Origin: Candidatus Sungiibacteriota bacterium
GTDB taxonomy: Bacteria; Patescibacteriota; Minisyncoccia; Sungbacterales; HO2-52-23
DNA: 64,000 bases
Assembly (NCBI GenBank): GCA_016432465.1
Contig: CP066690.1
Span: forward strand, 786,724 to 850,723
Reading direction: 5' to 3'
Numbering within the stretch: the stretch's first letter is position 1; each line of letters begins with the position of its first letter. The position numbers and the translations under genes are program-made. Under the pieces are notes generated by a model that was not told the origin of the DNA, did no database searches, and saw only the letters and a list, made by a program, of their open reading frames with translations. Shown here in pieces: positions 37,856-47,645 of the stretch.

Positions 37856-39100
37856 ATGGTAACAGTAATGAGGTTTACGCCTAAAAAAATTACACTATTG
37901 ATTGCGGGAGCAGTGTTTACTGCCGGACTTGCAGTGGGCTTTGTTATTCCTGTTTTTGCGGCTGATGATTACAACAGCTCAAGGTCAAATACCTCAATAT
38001 CAGTAGTAAACATACCAATAGCAAACAAACACGTTGGAGATATTCTTTTGCGCTACGGCGCGGGCGGCGCGGAGATCAACGAGGTGACGGACGCTCTTGC
38101 TCGAGGTATTAGCACAGCTGACCTCAAGGCAATGCTGGTTAAGTTTGGTGTAAGCGATACGGGCATTGAGGCGGTCTTTACAAAACTTGATGAGCTTGGG
38201 GCTGGAGCTGATTCTCCCGAAAAAGAATTTACAACAGGAGGGGCGGTTTCTGCTCCTGCCGCGGGGAAAACACCGCAACCAGCAGCAGTAAATCGAGAAG
38301 TTAAGCGAATGAGTGGCAAAGTTTCTGCTCCTAATACACAAGACGATCCAAGACGAGGCAAGGGAAGCGTCAATTTTATAAATAAACCAGACAGAGGCGC
38401 ATTTCACGATACGCAGCAGGAAATTCTTGCAGAGTTTGATAGGTACGAAGAAGGCAAAAGCGTAAGAGAAAAAACAGATAAAATAGAAAAACTCCGAGCC
38501 AACCGCGAAGCATTTCAAACAGAAATAATATCTGTGAATTTAACTATTCGCGAAAACGCAAAAGCGCTTCGCGATAATTTCCGAGAAAATGTAAAAACAA
38601 CAATAGGCCACGTGGACCACGGAAAGACGGCGCGCATTGCCGTTGCCCACGGCAAAGGACTGCGCATGCTCAATCGTTACCGTTCAGCCATGGTCCGGTT
38701 TGACCATATTTTAAGCCGGCTGGAATCGCGTATTGAAAAAATGAGAATTGAATTTGAAGCTGAAGAGCGAGCAAAAACCGGCTCTGTAAATAATACATTT
38801 CCGCCACGCAACATGGCTATTCTTATTGAGAAAGCCAAAAATATGAGCGTTGAAAACGAGGCAAAGATGGAAGAACTTAAGGCAAAATATGAATCCCTGC
38901 TTTTGGGCGAAAATGCAAAGGGAGTCTTAGCCAAATTGACCATCGTTCCTGAAAAAGGGGAGGAAGCCCGCGCGCTCGCCGCAGAACTGAAAACAGACAT
39001 AGAAAACCTCCGCGCCATAATTATTGAGATATATACGCAAGGAGCCGGCTACCGCGGCGGCGTCGATTTCAACAGTTCCAGATCAAATACCAGTATATAA
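37856..39100 (+). CDS. Membrane-anchored/secreted coiled-coil protein with NSSRSNTSI motif at both termini
   Basis: N-terminal TM/signal (LLIAGAVFTAGLAVGFVIPVFA), a long charged helical middle, and the nonapeptide NSSRSNTSI at residues ~40 and at the extreme C-terminus. Confidence 0.4.
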   Translation: MVTVMRFTPKKITLLIAGAVFTAGLAVGFVIPVFAADDYNSSRSNTSISVVNIPIANKHVGDILLRYGAGGAEINEVTDALARGISTADLKAMLVKFGVSDTGIEAVFTKLDELGAGADSPEKEFTTGGAVSAPAAGKTPQPAAVNREVKRMSGKVSAPNTQDDPRRGKGSVNFINKPDRGAFHDTQQEILAEFDRYEEGKSVREKTDKIEKLRANREAFQTEIISVNLTIRENAKALRDNFRENVKTTIGHVDHGKTARIAVAHGKGLRMLNRYRSAMVRFDHILSRLESRIEKMRIEFEAEERAKTGSVNNTFPPRNMAILIEKAKNMSVENEAKMEELKAKYESLLLGENAKGVLAKLTIVPEKGEEARALAAELKTDIENLRAIIIEIYTQGAGYRGGVDFNSSRSNTSI

Positions 39101-39194
39101 TCATGGCTATTTACCCCGTTAGAAGTTCTTGGCAGAAAAATTTTTATAAAAATTTTTCTGCGCTGAATTAACGGGGATATAGTAAAAACAAAGT

Positions 39195-39575
39195 ATGTCA
39201 GAAACAAATTATAATAATCGCATGGAGCAGACTTATAACGGGGCAAGAAAAAACACACTTATCATTGCAATTATTATTCTCGCTGTTGTCGCGGGAGGAG
39301 TATTATTTTTCTTGAATCGGGGCCCTTCGTATCAAAAAGAGTCGCTTACGATTGAGCAGGGTTTGACGCCTATTGAACTTTCTCCAGAAGAACAGCAGGC
39401 GCTTCAAGCCGAAGGACTCGCCATTCCTTCTGGAGAAGACACAGCCGCAAAAAATTTGCAAACCGTGCGAACTTCCGACGAACTTGACGCTATTGGATCC
39501 GATCTCAACGAAACCAATCTATCAGGACTTGATGCCGAATCAGAAGCAATAGAAAGCGACCTCTCTGGGCTATAA
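39195..39575 (+). CDS. Small single-TM protein with acidic C-terminal tail
   Basis: TM LIIAIIILAVVAGGVLFFL; 126 aa. Confidence 0.3.
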   Translation: MSETNYNNRMEQTYNGARKNTLIIAIIILAVVAGGVLFFLNRGPSYQKESLTIEQGLTPIELSPEEQQALQAEGLAIPSGEDTAAKNLQTVRTSDELDAIGSDLNETNLSGLDAESEAIESDLSGL

Positions 39576-39798
39576 ACCTTGATAGGAGTAAAACAGAGGG
39601 CCGAGGGGCGCAACGGGGATTTATTCTTTCCCGCTCGCCACGTTAGAGATCCGCATTGTAAATGCGGCAGATACCATTGGCATCTCATCTCTAACGGGGC
39701 GAGCTGTTCCCGCAAAAAACTCCCGTGCTGGGAGTTTTTTGTTTCCAAACAATAGTGGGTTGAGGCGTGGGGGTAAAATGTTGTAAGATATAAAAAAT

Positions 39799-40146
39799 AT
39801 GCAATTTTTAATTAAAGTCCTAATCTCGGCGTTGATAATTGCTCTGGTGTCTGAGGCGGCACGACGGTTTACTTTGGTCGCCGCTCTTATTGCCTCGTTG
39901 CCTCTTACATCAATTTTGGCTATCATGTGGCTTTATCGTGATACAAATGATGCACAAAAGATTATAGATTTATCATCAAATATCTTTTGGGCAGTATTAC
40001 CCTCGTTGCTATTCTTTATTGTCCTACCAACACTTTTAAAAATGGGGTTTAAGTTTGGTTCGGCTATGGTTATATCATCAATAGTCATGTTCTTTGGGTA
40101 TACCATCTATGCCGTTTTACTCAATAAGCTTGGAATAAAGATATAG
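39799..40146 (+). CDS. Small membrane protein (3-4 TM helices)
   Basis: Hydrophobic 115-aa ORF lying between the two halves (B and A) of the left repeat. Confidence 0.35.
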   Translation: MQFLIKVLISALIIALVSEAARRFTLVAALIASLPLTSILAIMWLYRDTNDAQKIIDLSSNIFWAVLPSLLFFIVLPTLLKMGFKFGSAMVISSIVMFFGYTIYAVLLNKLGIKI

Positions 40147-40252
40147 AAATAGCGGTGGGGGTAAGTTTATAAGTTCGCATATTCCCTCAAATCTGGGATG
40201 TAAATATATTCATTTTGTCTCTTAAAAATGGTTCTAACATTGTTCACGGTGC

Positions 40253-40289
40253 GGAGCATCTCCGAAAGGCCAGATAAAACTGGCTTCAT
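40253..40289. repeat. Direct repeat A (GGAGCATCTCCGAAAGGCCAGATAAAACTGGCTTCAT); second copy 43695-43731
   Basis: 34/37 identical to the copy at the right end of the 3.4-kb module. Companion repeat B: TTGTTTCCAAACAATAGTG(G/A)GTTGAGGCGT at 39739-39768 and 43732-43761. Confidence 0.75.
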
Positions 40290-40324
40290 GGTTAGTAATA
40301 AAAAAGATGCCCAAGATACGGGCA

Positions 40325-41440
40325 TCAGCTTTTGATTCGCTCTCTGTCTTTGCGGAATGCGTCAAATGCGCCTATGGCAATATCAAGAAGATCTTCGCGA
40401 AGGCACAGTTCATCGCAGAGCATCATGGTGCGGTAGCCTATGTCGTACAACCACGTTAGATCGCAGAAGTCTGCACAGGAGGGAATATCCCTATTGATAA
40501 GTGATAGAAGCGTCGTCTCTACCAGTCTCGCTGGATCCTGTTTGTTTAAGTCAAGGGCACGAACCAGTTTAATTGCTTCAGAGATTTTGCGGTTTCTAAT
40601 ATCGTTGACTACCGAAAGAAGAATTCTTGAGCCAACACACGCTTCGGGGTCTTTTCCAACAATCAGTCTTAGGGCGTCCACTATCATGTGTGGCCACTCC
40701 AATTCTATAAAAAGATCGCCGCGGGCAGCCACCAGAATAAGGTTGTCTGATTTTCGGAATCCTCGCGCCACGAAATTAAGACCGCGCCGGTTTTCTATTT
40801 TGAGCATTACGACTGTATCTCTGCCAATCAATTCTTGAAACTCGTCAATATCTCTTTGGTCTTCCACGTAGGACAGGAAGTAGTTCTTAAATCCTGCCCT
40901 TTGAACTTTTTCCAGTTTGCTTTTCTCTTCATCGGTAAACAGTGGGCCGCTGGTTTTTAAGGATGGGTCTAGGATGTGAATAGACTCTCCGGGGTAAACC
41001 ATGTACGCAGGTCCACCGCGAAAAACAAGACGCCGGCCGTCCTCCTCAAGTTTTTCCAACATGGCGCTATCGGCGCCGGCCTTGAATAAAACCATCACCG
41101 GCGTTTTTACAGAAATTGGGTGATTGAGTCTCAAGTCTAAGTGGGTGGTGTTTTCCTTGTCTACCCACGCAACACGCAATTGTCTGCCCTTGGCGTCAAA
41201 GTACAGAGGCACTGCGGGCTTAAGGTCGTGCAGGGCTGTAAGTTCTTTTTCCAGTTCCGGATTATTTATCATGGCGCTATTCAGTCGTATTCCTGCAATT
41301 CTTTTGTCATCCATAAATTTAGTGAAATGCGGGAAGCTTGACCACAGTGTTACCATAAGCTTGAGGGGTTTAAATAAAAGAGCCTCTGGAGACTTGACTC
41401 GCGAGAGGCTCGGGAAAAATCTACGCAGTCCTGTGACCAT
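40325..41440 (-). CDS. Pyruvate-kinase-like TIM-barrel domain protein (PK/HpcH-type KIEN...ARGDL motif)
   Basis: VMLKIENRRGLNFVARGFRKSDNLILVAARGDLFIE resembles the PK barrel active-site stretch; the rest is unassigned. Confidence 0.35.
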   Translation of the reverse strand: MVTGLRRFFPSLSRVKSPEALLFKPLKLMVTLWSSFPHFTKFMDDKRIAGIRLNSAMINNPELEKELTALHDLKPAVPLYFDAKGRQLRVAWVDKENTTHLDLRLNHPISVKTPVMVLFKAGADSAMLEKLEEDGRRLVFRGGPAYMVYPGESIHILDPSLKTSGPLFTDEEKSKLEKVQRAGFKNYFLSYVEDQRDIDEFQELIGRDTVVMLKIENRRGLNFVARGFRKSDNLILVAARGDLFIELEWPHMIVDALRLIVGKDPEACVGSRILLSVVNDIRNRKISEAIKLVRALDLNKQDPARLVETTLLSLINRDIPSCADFCDLTWLYDIGYRTMMLCDELCLREDLLDIAIGAFDAFRKDRERIKS

Positions 41441-41450
41441 CTCTGACTCC

Positions 41451-42416
41451 TTAGTTTTTTCTGATCGTTACAGATCGTCCTTCGCCCAAAGACTTCTTTG
41501 ACTGTTCGCCGCTCGGCAAAGCATGTATGGTGTGCAAAGACGTCATTACAGTTTTGACCTGCTCCGGTGTTTGACGACCACTAAGCTCTTTCCGGAAATA
41601 ACCTATTTTCCCGGCTTCTCGGGCCATGATGCCGAAAATTACGTCAACCACGCGGCCGGGGTCAGCCAGAAGTGCAATGTGGTCTTCACCGACCAAAGCA
41701 GCCCAATTTTCATGAACTCTCTTGGTAGTGCCGGTTAGCGGACCATCAGAAAGCACCTCGCGGCCATAGGGCTTTTGAATAAAGTAGACCGAGAATTTCT
41801 GTTTCAATTCGTCAAAGATCTGACTGGTTCTTACCTTCTGGGGAAGCTTTACACGAGCGATCAATTCTGCTTCTTCCGGATCAACGAAGTCATAGGGCGA
41901 TTCGTCGCCAATGACGATCAGAAGCGGCCTCACGGCATTGGGCATAACAACGTTTCGTGCACAATAGAGAGCCGCAAGTTCATAGCTCTCCTGGGTTGTG
42001 CCGCCGCCTTCACCCTCAATCACCAGTTCCTTAAGTCTTTGAGCGTGGTCTGTTCCTTTGGCAAAGGGTCGCATCTGGAGCGGATACTTCTCGTTGTTGC
42101 GGGCATCGCCTATAGCACCCCAGCTAATTTCTACGTCTGTCCCCATGTATTCTGTCTTTGCCTCGTGTTCCAGATATGGCATTTTTGAGAACATGGTTGC
42201 TGGCCACTCACCCATTGAGCCTGACTGATCCGTAACAATAGCCATTGGGTTTTCGCTTTCAGTAGAGATACTTGCTGGAACCAAATCTTTAACGGTAGTC
42301 CCGCGGCTGAGGGCCTTATCCATGCTAGTTGCGGCAAAGTCTCGGTAATTCCTGCGTGCGCTCGCAAAGTCGTGACCAGCCCAGACGCCCGGACTATAAT
42401 CGCCAGCCTCTGACAT
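41451..42416 (-). CDS. von Willebrand factor A (VWA) domain protein
   Basis: MIDAS motif VTDQSGSMGEW. The start is moved to the internal Met (MSEAGDY...) to leave a 160-bp divergent promoter region. Confidence 0.55.
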   Translation of the reverse strand: MSEAGDYSPGVWAGHDFASARRNYRDFAATSMDKALSRGTTVKDLVPASISTESENPMAIVTDQSGSMGEWPATMFSKMPYLEHEAKTEYMGTDVEISWGAIGDARNNEKYPLQMRPFAKGTDHAQRLKELVIEGEGGGTTQESYELAALYCARNVVMPNAVRPLLIVIGDESPYDFVDPEEAELIARVKLPQKVRTSQIFDELKQKFSVYFIQKPYGREVLSDGPLTGTTKRVHENWAALVGEDHIALLADPGRVVDVIFGIMAREAGKIGYFRKELSGRQTPEQVKTVMTSLHTIHALPSGEQSKKSLGEGRSVTIRKN

Positions 42417-42580
42417 ACTGCCTCCTGTTGTTTTGGGATTTTCGGAGTGGTACCCATCCTGTCCACTCCGACCCACCAGTGATTGTACAGCTAAGTCACC
42501 TATTCTGTCAATGGCTTGACAAAAATGACACTTCTGGGTAGCATATAAGCAGCTCCCCAATTTTTATTATAGGTGGTTTG

Positions 42581-43636
42581 ATGGCTCACGCTAGGTCCAT
42601 TGAAGAACTTTACGAAGTGCTGGAAGTTAGTCTAAAGGCTTCTCCGGAGGTTTTGCATGCAGCCTTCAGGGCTCTTATGGCTAAACATCATCCAGATCCG
42701 CCCAACAGAACGGAAGCAGATGAGGAGCGTGCTAAAGAAGTCAGCGAGGCGTATGCCGTTCTTTCCGATCCCAGGGCCCGAGCGAGGTATGAACATAGGT
42801 TTAGAGACTTGACCGGCAAGATTGTTGGAGAATACCGCATACTGGCAAAAATTGCCGAGGGCGGATTTGGATGCACTTACAAGGCCGAGCACATGACTAT
42901 TGGCGAACCGGTGTGTATTAAGCACTGTCATAATCTGGATCCTTTTGATGAAGCAATTCTGATTGAGGAAGCTAAGGCCATGTGGGATCTTAGACATTAT
43001 TCAGTTCCGGCAGTTCGTGGTTTGTTAAGAATGCCGGACGGAAAGCTGGCTTTAGTGATGAGTTATATTCCCGGTCCAACGCTGACTCAACTCGTTGAGA
43101 AGTTATCAGAAAACAGCAGGAGATTGGATCCGGAACATGTAGCTTGGGTCACGGAGAGGGTTTTAAATGCTTTGCGTTACATCCACTATCAAGGTATAGT
43201 GCACGGTGATTTAAAACCGCACAATATCATTGTTGAGCCGGACAAACATTTAGCCTCTGTTGTTGACTTTGGGCTGTCCAAGATTAAACCTAAAGCCAAG
43301 TCCGGAAGTAAGGGTTACACTGAGTTTTTTTCGGCCCCCGAAGTTATAGCCGGCGGAACGATATTGCCGGAGGCTGACATGTATAGTTTGGGCATGACAA
43401 TGATTTATGCCTTATCCGGCGATCCGGACTGTTTGTTACGAAAAGAGGTACCAACCAATACACCCCTGCCCATGCAGAAGTTCATCAAGAAATTGATTGT
43501 CCGTGATCCTTTGTCTAGACCAAAATGGCCGAGTAGCCCGAATGAGATGGATCTTTGGGACGAGTTTTTGGAGATTCGCAGAGAATCTTTTGGCAGGAGT
43601 CGTTCTAGTCTGAAACCAATTCCGGGATTTAACTAA
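42581..43636 (+). CDS. J-domain (DnaJ-like, HPD) fused to Ser/Thr protein kinase
   Basis: N-terminal LYEVLEVSLKASPEVLHAAFRALMAKHHPD...AYAVLSDPRARARYE (J domain). The kinase part has GGFGCTYKA (Gly loop), HGDLKPHN (catalytic loop) and DFG. AGGTGG RBS and ATG 42581; hairpin terminator ~43645-43682. Confidence 0.75.
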   Translation: MAHARSIEELYEVLEVSLKASPEVLHAAFRALMAKHHPDPPNRTEADEERAKEVSEAYAVLSDPRARARYEHRFRDLTGKIVGEYRILAKIAEGGFGCTYKAEHMTIGEPVCIKHCHNLDPFDEAILIEEAKAMWDLRHYSVPAVRGLLRMPDGKLALVMSYIPGPTLTQLVEKLSENSRRLDPEHVAWVTERVLNALRYIHYQGIVHGDLKPHNIIVEPDKHLASVVDFGLSKIKPKAKSGSKGYTEFFSAPEVIAGGTILPEADMYSLGMTMIYALSGDPDCLLRKEVPTNTPLPMQKFIKKLIVRDPLSRPKWPSSPNEMDLWDEFLEIRRESFGRSRSSLKPIPGFN

Positions 43637-44093
43637 TCTGTTTTGGGGTTTCCCCGCACGGAATAAACCGTGCGGTGTTTTTATCTGGCCTTTTGGAGAT
43701 GCTCCAAAAGGCCAGATAAAACTGGCTTCATTTGTTTCCAAACAATAGTGAGTTGAGGCGTAGTGAAAACAGGATTATCCACAATTTGAATTTTGTATAA
43801 TTAAAAACGCCCTTCTCTTGGCGAGTTGGGCGAGGATGTAACTCGTAGCGTTGTGGACCGATATACGTCGGGAGCAGGGCCGCCAGCGCGGTGACCTTCC
43901 GATTTCATCGGGCAACTGCTACGGGGCTAAAACTCTCTGCGTTGTTGACTGGGTCAGCCGCTGGCACTGCCCAGGCAACGCAGAGGGATTATAACAACCT
44001 AAGCATAGCATAATCAGTCATGACCTGTCAACCACAAGTAACCCCTCATAAAAAGCATCGGTGTCTGTTACGGAGGCGTGTCAAGCGCAATAA

Positions 44094-44274
44094 ATCCCCC
44101 CACCTTCCCAGCGTGGTATTGGACCCCGTGGGAAGGATTTCTACAGCGCCCATTCATCCCCGCAGTCCAGCCTTCGTCCCGCTTCTAGCGGGACTACAGT
44201 CGCACGCCGCCATAGCTTTGGCGACGGCGCGCGGAGTAGGCCAAGCTACGAGGTATTCTGGGAAGGTGGGGGGA
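44094..44274. repeat. TIR element copy 4 (~180 bp, with ~75-bp internal insertion)
   Basis: Termini TCCCCCACCTTCCCAG / CTGGGAAGGTGGGGGGA, core collinear with copy 2 plus extra GC-rich segment. Confidence 0.75.
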
Positions 44275-44282
44275 TAAAAGCG

Positions 44283-45719
44283 TTATGGGGTTGGGTGCTT
44301 CTTTAGAAATTTAACCCTGCCCAGCGAAAAGAGGCCGTAGCTTGCCAGCAAAAATATAAAGGTATTGACCGGATAGCGGTGCCGGCCGTAGTCGCTGAAG
44401 CCCGCAACAATGGAGGTGGTTGCGTAATATATAATAAGTAGAGCAAGGAGGAGAGCAATCACTCTCCCAGCGCCCCCCCTTTTAACTGCCAAAAAAGCGC
44501 CGAGAGCCCCCAAGATGGTCAGAAATATCCAGAAAATTCTACCCGCTAATGGTATTAAAAAAAGTACTCCGAGTCTTTGCCAGACGAGCTTGGCAAGCGC
44601 CCCGGGCCCTTCTTTGATAAGCGTCACGGATGGGGAAAAGTCCATGGCAAAGCGCGGAATTACCCTGTATTGCCGTAAATAAGTGGCATATAAATCTTGG
44701 GTAAAGAAAGAATTTATGCTTATCGCAAAAACAGCCAGCGTTTCTTTGGGATTTTCAAGCATAATTTTAATTCCTTCACGCGCCAACAAAGATCCGTAAG
44801 CCGGATTTTCTTTTAAATCCTTAATAGTAAGGCCTTCCCGTAAAGCCAGGGTTTTATAAAGTTTTTCCTGCACTTCGCCATAAGGCTGGTCTGTTTTATA
44901 GTTCATTACCGAGGTGCCAAGAGACGAATAAATGTTGCGAACTCCGGTGGTGGACACGCTTATTGTGCCAAAGCGAATGTAGTTGCGGAGCAGCCAAGGC
45001 GAGAGGGTGAGGAGAAAGAAGACGGTAAACACTAACAGGATTAAGGCCCTCTGTTTAGCCGCCAGCACGATTCTTTCTTCGGGGGCGGGATCCGACCGCA
45101 CTCTTTTTAGGGATCCTTTAAGAAGAAGAATGAAAAGAAAAACGGCGGCCGGTATAAAAAGAAATTGAGCGTGAGGGCGAGTAAGAGTAGAAAGGCCAAG
45201 AAGTAAACCGGAAAAGAGAGCCGAACGGACTGAAAAATCTCCCAGCAGTTTTATAAAGAAAAAAACAGCCAGAAGCAAAAAGAAAACAGCAACCACGTCG
45301 CTCATTACGGTAATACTCCATAAAACCCCCAAGGGCTCAAACGCCGTGAGTCCGGCGGCCACTCCGGAGACGAAAGGGCGTACAGATAAACGCTCGCCAA
45401 TTCGGAAGACCACCAACGGCATTAACGAAGCAAGAATAATTTGTAAAATCAAAACCGGAAGTATGGAACTGGCTATAAGTTTTGATCCGGCAATTAAAAG
45501 CGGATAAAGAGGCGGGAAAAAGGCGGTCGGTAAAAAAGGCGGTTCGGGTTCCCGGGAGAATCCGTGTCCTGCCAGAAGATTATTGGCAGTTCGCAAAAAT
45601 ATTCTGGAGTCAGTAAGTTCCAGCCCCGTTTCTCCAAAATTGAGAAGCAGCGCAGAAAGGAGCAGCAAGCGAACAACCAAAGCAAGAAGGATAATTATAA
45701 TAAGTTTTTTTGGAATCAC
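44283..45719 (-). CDS. ArnT/PMT-like (GT39/GT83-type) polytopic glycosyltransferase
   Basis: About 12 TM helices and an N-terminal loop with conserved acidic/aromatic pattern typical of lipid-linked-sugar glycosyltransferases. Confidence 0.55.
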   Translation of the reverse strand: MIPKKLIIIILLALVVRLLLLSALLLNFGETGLELTDSRIFLRTANNLLAGHGFSREPEPPFLPTAFFPPLYPLLIAGSKLIASSILPVLILQIILASLMPLVVFRIGERLSVRPFVSGVAAGLTAFEPLGVLWSITVMSDVVAVFFLLLAVFFFIKLLGDFSVRSALFSGLLLGLSTLTRPHAQFLFIPAAVFLFILLLKGSLKRVRSDPAPEERIVLAAKQRALILLVFTVFFLLTLSPWLLRNYIRFGTISVSTTGVRNIYSSLGTSVMNYKTDQPYGEVQEKLYKTLALREGLTIKDLKENPAYGSLLAREGIKIMLENPKETLAVFAISINSFFTQDLYATYLRQYRVIPRFAMDFSPSVTLIKEGPGALAKLVWQRLGVLFLIPLAGRIFWIFLTILGALGAFLAVKRGGAGRVIALLLALLIIYYATTSIVAGFSDYGRHRYPVNTFIFLLASYGLFSLGRVKFLKKHPTP

Positions 45720-46342
45720 AGCGATTCTTTTTTTGCGACAACGATAAAAGTTGGTGATAAGTAATGCGTCAAAAGCGGATGTGAAAGGGTAAACTTTAGA
45801 AGTGCGTAAGGGAAGAACCCAAAAATTTTGGCGTGAGGGAAAAGTTGCATGACATCTTTAAGACTAAAAAACTTTTTGTGGTCAGGATTTTGCAGATCCT
45901 TAGGAGTATAGCCGAAAATTTTAAAAAAGGTATAAAGCCAAAAATAGGAATTAGGCGTAGTAAGCAGCAGTAGGCCGCCTGGCCCCAAAACCCGTTTGAT
46001 CTCCCGGATCAGATGATTGGGCGTATATAAATGTTCCAGCACGTCACTTGACCAAACAAGGTCAAATGACAGATCAGGGAAGGGGAGTCCTTTTTCCAGA
46101 TCCACAATTCTAGTTTTGGAGTACTGCATTTCATGATCAACCGAAGTTACGTTATAGCCAAGACCGGTCAACTTCTGTGACCAAAAGCCGTCTCCGCAAC
46201 CCATGTCCAGCGCTGTTTTTCCGGTAACAGCAAATTTCTTAGCAAATCGGAAACAAACCTTTTTGCTTTTAGCCCAGTGCCGCGCGTGTCCGGTGCCAAG
46301 GTCAATCAAGGGTAAATTTTTAAGAAATTGTAAAAAGCCCAT
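45716..46342 (-). CDS. Class I SAM-dependent methyltransferase
   Basis: [15 protein letters not shown] (motif I). Confidence 0.6.
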   Translation of the reverse strand: MGFLQFLKNLPLIDLGTGHARHWAKSKKVCFRFAKKFAVTGKTALDMGCGDGFWSQKLTGLGYNVTSVDHEMQYSKTRIVDLEKGLPFPDLSFDLVWSSDVLEHLYTPNHLIREIKRVLGPGGLLLLTTPNSYFWLYTFFKIFGYTPKDLQNPDHKKFFSLKDVMQLFPHAKIFGFFPYALLKFTLSHPLLTHYLSPTFIVVAKKESL

Positions 46343-46415
46343 TTTAATGATTTTACTAATGAAACTAGCAGTAGACCTGTTAGGTTATATATACAGTGTA
46401 TACTAGGGAAAATTT

Positions 46416-47597
46416 ATGGTCTCGACAAGTAAGGCACCAGAAAAATGGGCCGCCAAAGTTCCGCAGCTTGATTTGGGGCGCTACGCCAGATTAGTAAGTG
46501 AGAAATGGCTGCGGTGTCTGAAAAACATTACCGACTCCGGGAAAGTTCTTAACGGACCGCATAAAAAAGCATTTGAGGAGGAGTGGGCGGCGTATCTCGG
46601 AGTAAAACACGTATTGGGGGTTGCTTCGGGTACCGATGCCCTTGTTCTTTCTTTGGAAGCGTTGGGTGTTGGTCGGGGGGATGAAGTAATTATTCATGCT
46701 AACGCCTTTATTGCGGACGTAGAGGCCATCATTGCTTTAGGGGCACAGCCGGTATTGGTTGATATGTCTTCTGAAGATTTGGGGCCGGACTATGAGGCGT
46801 TACCCAATGTTGTTTCCGAAAGGACCAAAACCATAATTGCTGTTCATATGCTTGGTTTGCCATGCAATGTCGGAAAGTTAATAAGATTTTCCGAAAAGTA
46901 CAACATTCCCCTGATTGAAGATGCTTCCCATGCTCACGGGGCCGCGGTTCAAGAATTGCACGGAGTTGAAGGGACGGGCGGCAGAGGAAAAAAAGTCGGA
47001 AGTTTCGGCAAAATTAATGCCTTTAGCTGCGGTCCTGTAAAAAATCTTGCCGCTTTGGGTGATGCTGGTTGTATTGCTACTGACGATACCGCTCTTTATG
47101 AAAAAGTAAAACTCTTAGCGGACCACGGACAGGCGAAAAAATATGAGCATGTGGTTTACGGATGGAATAGCCGGCTGGATGAGGTGCAGGCAGCTTGGTT
47201 AAGACTGGGGCTTACCACTCTTGATGAACGAAATCTCCGGCGGGCCGCAATTTACTTGCGCTACGTTAAGGCCTTACGCGACCTTGAACCAATGATAGAT
47301 CGCAAAGAAGGTCCTCCCAGCGATAAGTTTCCTGTTTTTCACCGCGCCGTATTTTTTAGCAAAAGACGGGATGAACTGCAGGGGTTCCTGCGCGCGCGCG
47401 GAGTTGAGACCGGAATTTACTATCCCCATGCTTTGCATGAGCAGGAAGCGTGGAAGAGAGCAGGGCTTCCCGCGGGATCTTTTCCTGTCGCCGAGAGATA
47501 TGCGCGTCAAAACATTGCCCTACCGCTTTTCCCCGAGATGACCGAGGAGGAAATAGAGTATGTCATAAGTTCCGTACGCGAGTTTTTCAGACGGTAG
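46416..47597 (+). CDS. DegT/DnrJ/EryC1/StrS-family PLP-dependent sugar aminotransferase
   Basis: GPHKKAFEEEWAAYLGVKHVLGVASGTDAL, Lys-containing segment SFGKINAFSCG; 393 aa. Confidence 0.8.
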   Translation: MVSTSKAPEKWAAKVPQLDLGRYARLVSEKWLRCLKNITDSGKVLNGPHKKAFEEEWAAYLGVKHVLGVASGTDALVLSLEALGVGRGDEVIIHANAFIADVEAIIALGAQPVLVDMSSEDLGPDYEALPNVVSERTKTIIAVHMLGLPCNVGKLIRFSEKYNIPLIEDASHAHGAAVQELHGVEGTGGRGKKVGSFGKINAFSCGPVKNLAALGDAGCIATDDTALYEKVKLLADHGQAKKYEHVVYGWNSRLDEVQAAWLRLGLTTLDERNLRRAAIYLRYVKALRDLEPMIDRKEGPPSDKFPVFHRAVFFSKRRDELQGFLRARGVETGIYYPHALHEQEAWKRAGLPAGSFPVAERYARQNIALPLFPEMTEEEIEYVISSVREFFRR

Positions 47598-47645
47598 AAA
47601 TTTTTAACTTTTGCCCGAGGAGGTTTTGATTCCCGGGCTTTTCTT

